Positions 1-11,300 of a stretch of 39,684 bases of DNA are shown here, piece by piece. Position numbers and translations under genes: made by a program. Every line of letters begins with the position of its first letter. Within the stretch, counting starts at the first letter, position 1. The notes beneath the pieces are model-generated. The model was not told the origin of the DNA, did not search any database, and was given only the letters and a program-made list of their open reading frames with translations. Source of the DNA: Catajapyx aquilonaris (taxonomy: Eukaryota); the NCBI GenBank assembly GCA_000934665.2, contig JYFJ02003601.1:1-39684 (forward strand), read 5' to 3'.

Positions 1-69
1 CCCACCCCCTTCCCTAACAATCGACATTTCATTAATATTATGTACAAAAAAAAAAAAACGTCGCGAGAA

Positions 70-1009
70 GTTGCTCTTAATGAACCAAAGTTGCTACCGG
101 ATCATAGATCTGCTTATTCGACAATATATTGTAGACTATGTCCAGAGTCATCAGAAAGGTGGAGTTTTTTTCCTTGGTGCACCAGGAGGAACTGGGTAAA
201 ACATATGTGACTAATCTGTTGTTGGGAAAAGTTCGTCAGGATCAACACATTGCACTTGCGGTTGCCTCTTCTGGCATAGCATCTACTCTTTTGCCTGGTG
301 GGAGGACTGCTCATGCAGCATTCAAACTTCCTCTAAATTTAGCTACACAGGAAAATGCAAGGTGCAACATCAGCAAGGGTACCGGGGTGGCACAACTTTT
401 GAGTCAGTGCAGGTTAATTGTTTGGGATGAGTGCACCATGTCCCACAAAGCAGCTTTTGAAGCTCTGGACTGGACACTGCAGGATATCCGGGAAAGCAAA
501 AAGATTATGGGTGGAGTAACTTTGGTTTTGGCTGGGGACTTCAGACAGACATTGCCTGTTGTTCCACGAGGCACACGAGTCGATGAGATAAAAGCTTGCC
601 TAAAGTCTTCTTATCTCTGGACTCATGTTAGAAAATTCCATCTCTCTACGAACATGAGGGCCTATCTGCTTGGTGACTACTACTCAGAAGAATTTGCATG
701 TGACCTGTTGAAATTAGGAAATGGCCAATTTAGAACAGATGCCCTATAGGAAATGTTGACATGGGATTGATCGGTACGAAGGTGTCCTCTGTCGATGAAT
801 TAAAATTTAAGGTCTTTCCCAATCTTTGCCTCAACTACCAGAGGCACAGTTGGTTGTGTGAGAGAGCAATATTAGCTCCGAAAAACAACACCGTCAATCT
901 CATCAACGCACCACTTCTCAACCAACTACCTGGTCCTTCCCACTGTTCTGTGGACACAGTCCCAGACGAGGCCCTGGTTAAGGTGTATTGCAAAGGTCCA
1001 AATCAATGA
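70..1009 (+). pseudogene. Decayed Helitron Rep/Hel PIF1-family helicase fragment
   Basis: PIF1/Helitron motifs AVASSGIASTLLPGGRTAH, LIVWDECTM, VLAGDFRQTLPV, LSTNMR and RAILAPKN. Walker A (FFLGAPGGTG/KT) is broken by a frameshift near 194, there is a stop at 747-749, and the C-terminal helicase motifs are missing after VDTVPDE. Confidence 0.9.
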
Positions 1010-1064
1010 GTCACTCCTATGGAAAAGTATTTCATAACCCGAGCAACGCCGAGTATCCTGCTAG
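70..1064 (+). mobile_element. Helitron remnant with intact 3' terminus; 5' end not identified
   Basis: Subterminal hairpin-like acccgagcaacgccgagt (1037-1054), then atcctgCTAG (CTAG 1061-1064) followed by T. This is the canonical Helitron 3' end, directly downstream of the helicase fragment. Confidence 0.8.
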
Positions 1065-1217
1065 TTTGATATAAAAATCATTGAAGTGTTGCCAAAAATA
1101 AAGTTAAGAGCCTCCCAGGTGAAAATCCCACGGAGATATGGCAACGTCTTTCAGCAACAATGGAGCCGGAAGGACCATTATTCAGGTGAAGTTATTGTAC
1201 CCTCATGTTCATATTAT

Positions 1218-1900
1218 ATCAAATGAACTGGCGTAAGATGAGCTACATTTTGGTGGCAACGGGTTAGCCTAGATTGTAAAATGAAAATGCTAAAAAAAAT
1301 AGCATTATTGTGCAAAACGGACACATTTCATATGGTCCAATGTCATTGTTAAACACATGCTAAGCGTGTGGAATTAATATAGTAGGTACATTGTCATCTG
1401 ATCATTACTACTGTAGGACAACATCAAGGTCAAGCAGACTTGGAGATAATAAATCTGAAATTGTCTGAAAAAGCCCTCTATATAGGCTACTCCAGGTTAT
1501 TTGATGTTGCGAGTGAACCATTCATTGTAAGTGAACAGTTCTTATACCGCTATGTTATGCATGAAAAGACTCTTCTGGTAACTTAAAAATTGACCCAGCC
1601 CCACATTGAGAAAAATGACCCCAAAGATGACCAAATTAGTGGAAAACGGACACTTCAGAAATTTTATCTCCAAGACTGCTTGACCTGTGATGTTGTCCTT
1701 CGACAGTAGTAATGGTCAGATGACAATGTACCTACCATATTAATTCCATACCCTTAGCATGTGTTTAACAATGACATTGGACCATATGAAATGTGTACGT
1801 TTTGCTCAATAATGCGAAATTTTTTAGCATTTTTATTTTACAATCTAGGTTAAACCAGTTGCCACCAAAATGTTCCTCATCTCACGACAGTTCATTTGAT
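1218..1900. mobile_element. Foldback/MITE-like element with ~245 bp imperfect inverted arms
   Basis: Arm ~1218-1460 (atcaaatgaactg...cttggagataa...tctgaa) is the reverse complement of ~1655-1900 (ttcaga...ttatctccaag...cagttcatttgat), with a ~195 bp spacer. No clear TSD. Confidence 0.8.
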
Positions 1901-1963
1901 AGCATTTATATAAACACTAAACTAACTTGTGATACGTTCTTGACCAATTTAGTTCGCATTACA

Positions 1964-2044
1964 AGTTGGGTGCAATACTGCCCTAACCCTTTTTTCACGC
2001 GTGGCCACCTTACTTTGTTCATTCTTAGAGTGGGTGGTGCATCG

Positions 2045-2093
<49 letters not shown>

Positions 2094-2250
2094 AGGAGCA
2101 CATAAATGTCCCTTATTAGTGCCTTGTATATTGGGGGAGAGATGAAAATTGTCCTATGGAAAAGGTGATTTATGGGTCATCTCAAACTTTCAACTTCAGT
2201 TTTCTCAAAATCAGGTTTGGGAGGGTTAGAGCGGTATTGCACCGACCCCT
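1964..2250. mobile_element. MITE with ~27 bp TIRs enclosing a (TCA)n microsatellite
   Basis: agttgggtgcaatactgccctaaccct (1964-1990) is inverted against agggttagagcggtattgcaccgaccc (2222-2248). Confidence 0.55.
2041..2093. repeat. (TCA/ATC)n trinucleotide microsatellite, ~17 units
   Basis: Directly visible. It explains the poly-D and poly-S ORFs in the track. Confidence 0.95.
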
Positions 2251-2349
2251 TCAATTGATAACTGGTATGTGGCTGGCAGACTATTTGATTAACAATGCTG
2301 CTTTTGACTATTACACTCGCATATTAGTAGACATCTACAAACGCGACGG

Positions 2350-5300
2350 CTACTTCAGAACATATTGGTCAGGTGTGCTGAGAGTCAGATGAAAGACGTC
2401 CTCCACAGTGGTAGGCCCATCTGCACACAAGTGAGAACAACTGGTTATTTTTAAAACCACATTAAGGGAATTTGGTAAACATAGCTCAAAAGTAAACTTA
2501 CTCATTTGATACCAGTCTGATCGACTCTGCTCGGCTCTGGCTGAGTCCAGGGCATCTCTCATGGCAAACAACACGCAGCAGGCTATGCAAAGCGGGGCTT
2601 CCCCGGTGCTCTTGGCCCGGAAGACACCAAGAGGGTTGGGGGCTTTCTTCAGCAACGTCAAGAACAGCTTTTCTGGTATGTCTCTGCTGCTAGGAGGCTT
2701 GTACTCCCAGGTGTTGTGGGTCAGCAGTTCCCCAGTGTTCTCATCGAATCGGAATTTCTCTGTCATCCACTGCCCCAGACCCATCACAAAAGCACCTTCT
2801 ATCTGCCCGATGTCAACATCCGGATTCATGCTAACACCAGCATCTTCCAGAATATCGGCTCTTCTTATCTGGAAAGTGTAACAAGCACATGAGCAATTGA
2901 AGTGCATGGGTATATGGATGGATCCTGCTTCTTACGATGGCTTGTCCAGTGAGCATGTCCATCTCGACCTCCATTGCAGTTATGGCATACACATTGTATG
3001 TCTTTGGAGAATCGCTGTAGGTGTACAAGTACTGAGCTGACAGATTGACCCCGGAGTTGTAGCACTCTCCAACCAACTGCTCCCAAGTTGGATTCTTCAT
3101 CCTGTCTCTCACTGGTTTCATACGTTCATTCAGAATCTTACAGCATTGTTGTGCAGCCTAGAGAGAGCATCGTGTGAAGTCAAACTGAAAGCATACACAT
3201 TCTGAGGGACACTGTTGCTCTTACGTAAGCGTTGAGCTCACTGCCCATTGCCCCTCCGGTGACACCACTGTTGGCTCCTACCAAGTTGTTGGCTGCCTTC
3301 ACTTTGATCAGGTCCAGATGTATGCCTAGTTCGTAGGCAACCAGCTGGGCCACCTTGGTGTTCATCCCTTGGCCCATTTCGATTCCACCTATTGAAATGG
3401 CCACTGTTCCATCCTCGTGATAGATGGTCACAAAAGCTGGGTATGGTATTCCATAGTGCTGGGGCCAACGCATCGGAACCAGTGCCAGACCCTTCTTTCT
3501 CCAACGATTGGTCTGAAACGAATACGAATTTAGCAACTCTGTTACGTTCAGACATATGCACACCCTGTAGCATACCCTGTTAAACTCATCAATCTCGATC
3601 CGACGAGTCTTGTAGTTGGATGAATCTTGCAGTGTCTTCAACATCTCCGGTATCGGGAAGAAATCATCGAGTGGTTTCAGGGGTTTAGATTGACCTCTCA
3701 GTATGTCCAGCTCCATCAGCATATCTCCTGGTTTCAACAAATTGGCTTCACGAACTTTCAATGGATCCAGCTTCACATCTCTGGCGATATGTTCCATGAT
3801 TGTCTCAATGAGAGCAATCCCTTGGACCGTACCTGTTAAATGGGACACAAATCAAGCTCATTGTACACAACTTGTAAATTGCCCTAAAACTAACCAGGTG
3901 ATCTGGTGTATATATTGGACGCTGTATTAGTGAGGACTCGACCAGCAGGCAATTTCCAGTTTGTAGCATCGTAACAATTCTGAGTTGTAATTGCGGCAAC
4001 AAATGACGTCGTTTCATTGTAGTCGATTCCAGTGTCGCAAATCAAACTGGCCTTCAGATCCTGGATTTTTCCTGTCTTCTCATCCACCACGACCTGAAAT
4101 TGTCCGTTTTACATTTTTCCGTACATTTCCGAACTGTCCATAACCTCGCACCTCATACTTGCACAGGTATGGCAGACGTCTTCCGCACAGCTTCATGTTC
4201 GTGTCTATGTCAAGCACTATTCTGACAGGACGATTCAATTTGTATGCAGCCAGGGCACATGCACCAGCGACCACGGATGGCCGTGTGATTTTGGCGCCAT
4301 AGGCGCCTCCCAATCTTCGAACCTGTATATTCAGCCTGCAAACGGAGACAGGTTGTCACACTGTACTTGCTAGACCATAACGGACAGAGACAGGTGAAGG
4401 ACAGTTGCAAGTTATCTCTTATATCTATAAATAAGGAAGCTTAATTGTTAGTTTGTGAGTTTGTTTGTCCCTTATAAAAATCCAGGGGAAGGCCCCTACA
4501 CCGCCTTAAATTAGCATATCGGGGGTTACTTTTTCCAAGGAATCTAACGCCCCATGTTTCAGCTTCCGAAAATGTGCCTAACTCCCACAACACGCATATT
4601 CCTGCCTCAACAATTAGCTTACATCAGTAACAATAAATCAATTTGCATTCCCATGGAAATGCCTCTCTTTTTTTTAGCTATTTACCTCCCTGCATTGTAC
4701 CGCAGGGAGGGAACCTTTATTTCGTCTTGATGGAACCTTTTTGACGTAGCGCCCGGGCCCATCACGGGCAGGGTGACTGGGAGGGGATGTGCAAGGTGCA
4801 AGTGCAATTCTCAAACGGCATATTTTGTGAACTCCCCCGGGTGGATTAGTCTGAGGAGATTCCACCCGAAACGAAGCCAGAGACGACCCAACTCTGCACG
4901 GGATGAAGGAGGGTACCCCGGGCTGGGATCGAACCCGACGTTTCCGCAGCGCCACTTTGTCTCCCCTAGGAAATGCCCTTATGCCACAATACCTAGCAAA
5001 TTAAACCATCTCCGTAAATTCAGCGCATCCACCAATTACGCTAATTGGCCACCTCACGTGACTTCGTATCTTATGGTAATTCCGGGATTTTGTGATGGGA
5101 TTTGAAACTAGACTTCCAGACAAGGTAAATACAATTAAATAATACAGTATTTGCAAAATATTACTCCGTGTTGAAAACATAATTTCCCATCATACGAGTA
5201 CATCTGTACGTACATTTCTAAAGTTCTTCAGAGCAAAGATATGGAACGAGGTGGGGGTGTGAAGTGGGGTTGGGGGGGGGGGATCAAGGGGTCAAATATT

Positions 5301-8300
5301 CTGGGGAAAAAACACATGGCTGTGCAGTCTTTTCCTGGGCCAACTCCATCCGCATTCCTCCTTTTACACATCCAATCAGAATATCCGTGTCGACTGTACG
5401 CTATAAGACAAGCTGGTAATCTATCACAGATATGTACCCCTATCTTTACCAGCACCCCAACATACCCGGGCAACGCCGGGTAACCTGCTAGTTATACATA
5501 TGTAATTACCAGTAGTTATTTTTACATTTCCTGATACGGAGTCATAAAACCCATGAATTAACTTATGTAATGGATGAGTCAGTGCTTACGAATTATCCTG
5601 TATTCCGAGAGTCTGTGCGATGCAATTCTGCAGGTGGTCGTACCACTGGGTGGCTGCATAGACGTCCAGTCCATCTTCGATCGGTATGCAACACACCACA
5701 TGCTTCTCAATCATAAAATGGTACTGATGTCCAACTTCAAACTCGCCTCTGATTGTCTTTGTTCCTTGGTTGACAGCCTTATTCTTAGGCTCAGGACCTA
5801 AGACGGATTCTTCATTAGCGGCTGGCTCCAAAAGTCCTGCTTTCAGAGCCTGTTTGATGGTCAAAATTGGTTTCTTGATGTCGGTGTAGTCCACCTTCAC
5901 TTTCAAGGCAGCTTCGGTGGCTTGTGCTTGGTTTTCGGCAACGATGATACCCACAGCTTGTCCGGCATACTTGACTTTCCCACTACACAGCAACTGAGGA
6001 CATATTATAACATCACATTAGAGCAAGATCCTGACTCGATGCTGCATACTGACCTCTTCTGGGTACATGCCAGCCATCTGAAGATTGTTGATTCCAGGGA
6101 TGTCTTCAGCCTTGAAAAACGCCACGACTCCATCCATTTTCTGAAATAACCCGTAATTATAAATCACACAATAGATCCTAGATATTGAGGTACTGACCAG
6201 AGCCTCTGAAGGATCAATCTGTTTTAGGTTAGCGTTAGCTACAGTAGTCAACACGAAAGCAGCATGAAGTTCATTTGGGCGATGTGGAATGTCATTAACA
6301 TACTCTGCCTCTCCTGCAAAAAATTAATTAACGTAAAGACCATTATATTAATAGTTTGTGTACCAACCTGAGCACTGAGCCATTGCTTCCAACTTGATAA
6401 CAGGTTTGCTTAGAGGCCATGTGCTTTCATCAGTGTCAAAATCTTGCTTCCCGTACGAAACGCCTCTTTCCAAGTGGTCAGATCCGCTCTTTAGCCTGTC
6501 GTCCACTACATCTCGCAGGACATACAGGACATACTTGTAGAACAGAGACAGCGATATGGCTTTTCGGTATTCGGGTGAAGATTCCACTGGTGAAGCTTCG
6601 GGGACAATCTCATCTGAAAGAACTTTGATGGCGCCATTCAAGGTGTCTTGGCTGTTCAGCTGCTTTCCAGTCAAGTATTTCTCAGTTTCAGTGGCATGAA
6701 TCTATTTGTAAAATTGCAATTTTAGACACTTGGTACCACTCGCATTGTAATATAACTCACAAAATGTGCGCCGATTCCGCCAATGACGATGCGAGGCTGT
6801 TCAGTAACGGTGTAATTTTGAGACGGATCAACTTTGGCCATAAATCCGGCATTGACATAGGCGTGAGAAAATTGGTATCTCGGTAGAACCTGCGCAAATA
6901 AAGTATACGTAATATCAGCAAGACGACTATTTCATAACTCAAATTCTCACCTTGAAAGTCCTGATGACGTAAGAGGCATCCGATTTGGGAAAAGTGAAGC
7001 TCAATAACAGCTTACTTTTCATATCAATTTTAAGAAACTCGGGCATTGTCATTTCATTATTTCCATCTATAACAATGAAAAGTTGTAAGTATCACAGTGT
7101 CTGTAATTCAAGAAAACGTGTCAATCACCTTTAGACGCAATAACAACTTTCACTCCAGCTGTCTCAAACGGCAGAAACAAATCGGATGCAAATCCTTGAA
7201 GTCTATGCTTGATCATAATATTTCCTGCCAACGTTCCCACCTGAAAATATCTTTCTAATTAGCCCCACTCTTACGTCACAATTTAAGAATTAAACGCACG
7301 AATGAGCCAGCAATGTAATGAAAACCCTTACATCTCTGATAGCATGACTGGCCACCTTTTGCATGTGATGCAAAACAGCAGGCAAATAGCTGTACTCTTT
7401 ACTCTGGTTGTTTGCTTCCTCCAGTGTTTTCATGCACTCGGATATTGTCACCCCACCTCCGAGGGTCAATGGGTCCAACTTCCTCTCTCGCAATTCAGCA
7501 ATACCACTCAGGTCAACGTACGCATCGTACGGACCCTCGTGCTTAAACACACCTGAAAATACATAATAAAGGTTGGGACATATTGGGACACATTATGGGT
7601 GGCATTATGTACCGGCGGCTGTGTGAGCTCCAACCAGACGCACACTCTTGTCCTTCAGTTGGTCCATAAGCTGAAAGAATTCCTCCAGTTTGGCAGGCCG
7701 GAACCATTGTGCTCCATCACGTGCTTGGATCCACAAAGGACGGTTCTCAATCGGGGGTCGTGGATCCGGTTGCATGCGATGGCAATTCTCCGGTTTTCCG
7801 CAGCACCCATTTTTCCCCATGTCCTATACATGGAAGCCGTAATTACATTTTCCTGCTAACCAGTCGTTTCAGGAATTAACGAACACAGCAAAAACGTGAA
7901 TGACATGTAATGAGACCTCATTTCAAATGGAAATCACGAATGTGGGGAGTGTGAAGCTGTCAAAAGGAGGTGGCGATATAAACTATGTGATTTTTAAAAA
8001 AAGTGTGTATACGACTTACTACGTAATTACTCAATTACCTCAATATCTGCGCATCTTCTCTTGACTTCTTGTTGCAACTCTGGGGTGGCGTCAGAAGCAA
8101 ATGATTTGAATGCATCCAAAATAGGTCGAAATCCGGTGCATCTGCATATGTTTCCATCCAGTTTATTCTCAGCATCTTGCATGGTAAATTTCGGTGTCTG
8201 TTCCTTCACACTATTGCACAAAAGTGTTAATAAATCCGGTTTTATACTATGCAATAAATCCGGTCAGACCTGTTCATAATCATGACCATTCCAGGGCTGC

Positions 8301-11300
8301 AGAACCCACATTGGGAACCGTTGAATTGGGCCAGCCGCTTCTGGATCTCATGATGACCTTTGTGTCTGTCACCCAGGCCATCGACAGTCGTGATGTCCCA
8401 TCCATCACACAGCATAACCGGAATCAAACACTGCGGATTATTGTGGGTCAATCGTAAGTTCAGACAGGTCAGATCAGGTCATACCGAGTTAACCGCGCAG
8501 ACTTTGTCTGTCAAGCTGGGTCTGTCTGGTATCCTCGCGGTGACAATACATGCACCGCAGCCTCCTTCACGACATGACACTTTGGTGCCTTTGAACTGTG
8601 CCACATCTCGAATGAAATCAACCAGACGCATCCGTGAAGACGTGCTTTGGTCAACTGTAATCATAATATCAAATTACCCCACAGAGTAAATACCCACAGA
8701 GTGAATCGCTGACCTGTAAAGTTCTTCCCATTGATCCTCAGCTTTATGGAGGTCAAAGGCGAGTCGTCTCTTACGACGGTGTGACATTTCACACACGATG
8801 TGGTGCCATCGGATCTTTTATCCAAAGGCAGTCTGGAATATTTTATTGGTCTGATCCATTTATTGACAATTTCGTGAAAATCACACAATCCATTCCTGGG
8901 CATGTCGCACATACTCCTGTGAAGTTTCAATAGGTTCGTCTATCTCGTTTGTGAGATATTAATTTTCAAAGTTGGGCTTCTGGCGGCCCCTTATGCATGG
9001 AGCCTTATGGGAGCTGGTCTGCTGGCCTCGAGAAAAGTGTCCCTAGCTTCTTTAAAAATAATCAGATGTTAACAAAAAACCATATTAATGTGGGGGAAAG
9101 TCGGGAGATTAATTTAGTGGCGATTTTCATAGGGGTCACCTTGGTCCTTCCCCCGCAAATCGTCACTTTGTGAAGAGCCGACTCTACAGTTGGCGTCGTA
9201 GTGGCAACGCTGTAAGCAACGGTCGTCATGGCGGCCTTCGCTCGGGATTTGAAAATCCCGAGCCGCCTAGGTTTCAGAATGGCATGTAACTGACAAGGGA
9301 AGTGCAACTGTTGTCCGTGGAGTTTCTGAATGAAACGCCGGTCCGGTACTGTATGATTGTGTATGATTGTGTATGGGAGATTGGTCTCTGGTCTCAAGTT
9401 ATTGATCGACTAGACAGTTACCTGAGTTACCAGCAAAGGAGGCACGTTCGAATGGGGCGGGGGAGATGGGACTATCGATGTATTGATATCGATATATCGA
9501 TGGTTTACTTATAAAATATCGATGTCTGATAAGCTCAAATCACTGTAATTTTATTAAAATATCGATGTAATAATCGGGGTCGAGAACTCGATTTATCGCT
9601 GATGGGAAATATCGATACATCGAAACATCGATACGTTGTTGACAAGGGCTACCAACGTATGCAACGATGCCGGATTTCTCGCACTTTTTCCGGTATTTGG
9701 AACAGCCATATTTCTGCTCTTCTCCGGGACAAAAGTGCACGAGGGAATTATTATCCCCCAAATAAATGTTCACGTAACGTATCCGACGCGAAACACGTAT
9801 TCAAAACTCTGTTTCAGAGAAATACTAGCAGAAATGTCTTACAATCGCAGAAGTTGGTATTGGCCAGCTCGACCCATGTATAAACATAGGCTCAACACCC
9901 CTCCCCCTGCCCTCCGTTTCCAAGCGCAAGAACTACCTTGCTACGTTGATGCTCTAGATTTGCGATAATTAGAGGACCGTCCTGCTTAGCGGTCAAATTT
10001 TTATTGTTTTTTGCCACTCTGTGAGGCCCTTCCTAGTAATGCCAACAACAACAAAAAATTACTGGCTTCCTTTTCAGTAACCAAATCTGCTAATACGCTT
10101 ACATAATAATATAGGAGACTTTTTACACGACCTCTACATGTCACCTTATGGAATCTTGCACTTAAGACGGACTACTTACGAATGTACATGGTGGACGGAA
10201 AGTTTCGGACCCCCCCCCCCCCCCAGGTTTTTTAACCCTACTTTTCACAGCGTCTTTTCACATCTTTTAAAAGTTNGCAGTTCTAATGTACACTATCTTT
10301 TGAAGCATAATCTTGAGAACATCTGAGCACCTTCGCTCTCGCAATTCCATTAATAACTTCGCCTCTGTGACTCATCTAAACATCCTATCTGTTTTGCGTT
10401 TATTTTGCTTGTTGCCTTGGAGGACACCTGGTCATATTCTGCGTCAGATAAGGTTTTTATGACCCTTTTTCATGAATTCCCCTTCATGCAAATGTTGTGA
10501 ACTCACTCCTGACCTTATTTTTCGCATTGGTCCATAACCTGGTCCAATAAAAATTTGAAAAGGAATGCATTAAATGGCGGACCCGGATGCATTGCTTTCG
10601 AATTCTCACATTGGTACCATCACATTTGTCTCCATTTTTACTTTAAAATAATTTTTTGGTGCGAAAGGACGTGAACGAAAGGATGTCATGTTGATTAATT
10701 TACCAAGGTAGGACTTATTACTGTCCTTTCCCACCAAAAAATTATTTTAAAGTAAAAATGGAGACTAATGTGATGGTACCAATTCGAAAGTAATGCACCC
10801 AGGTCCGCCATTTAATGCATTCCTGTTCAAATTTTTATTGGACCAGGTTATGGACCAATGCGAAAAATAAGGTCAGGAGTGAGTTCACAACATTTGCATG
10901 AAGGGGAACTCATGGAAAAGGGTCATAAAAGCCTTATCTGACGCAGAATATGACCAGGGGTCCTCCAAGGCAACAAGCAAAATAAACGCAAAACAGATAG
11001 GATGTTCAGATGAGTCACAGAGGCGAAGTTATTAACGATGGAATTGCGAGAGCGAAGGTGCTTAGATGTTCTCAAGATTATGCTTCAGAAGATAGTGTAC
11101 ATTAGAACTGCTTGTGGACTTTTAAAAGATGTGAAAAGACGCTGTGAAAAGTAGGGTTTAAAAACCTGGGGGGGTCCGAAACTTTCCGTCCACCCTGTAN
11201 AATTGTCTTTCCGTCCACCCTGTATATGTTTCTGATTGTCTACTTATTGTAATGGGCGACAGTATGTGACGTATACAGGGCCTTTCACCACTTTGCATAT

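Noticed and set aside
138..749. Functional host PIF1 helicase gene
   Set aside because: Frameshifted Walker A, premature stop, missing C-terminal motifs, no introns and a Helitron 3' end. It is a transposon relic.
1793..2103. Poly-Ser and poly-Asp ORFs
   Set aside because: Translations of the (TCA)n microsatellite.
4920..4968. tRNA gene
   Set aside because: A and B boxes are present, but there is no anticodon arm or full cloverleaf. The tail and flanking direct repeats fit a SINE.
8661..8930. AOX copy 1 as a 5'-truncated or frameshifted pseudogene (out-of-frame ATG near 8809)
   Set aside because: An acceptor at 8833-8834 and a phase-compatible upstream exon at 12379-12342 restore the frame and match the copy 2 junction.
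11198..11224. Second copy of the right TIR end (ctttccgtccaccctgta)
   Set aside because: It sits directly after an N, so it is likely an assembly join artefact.
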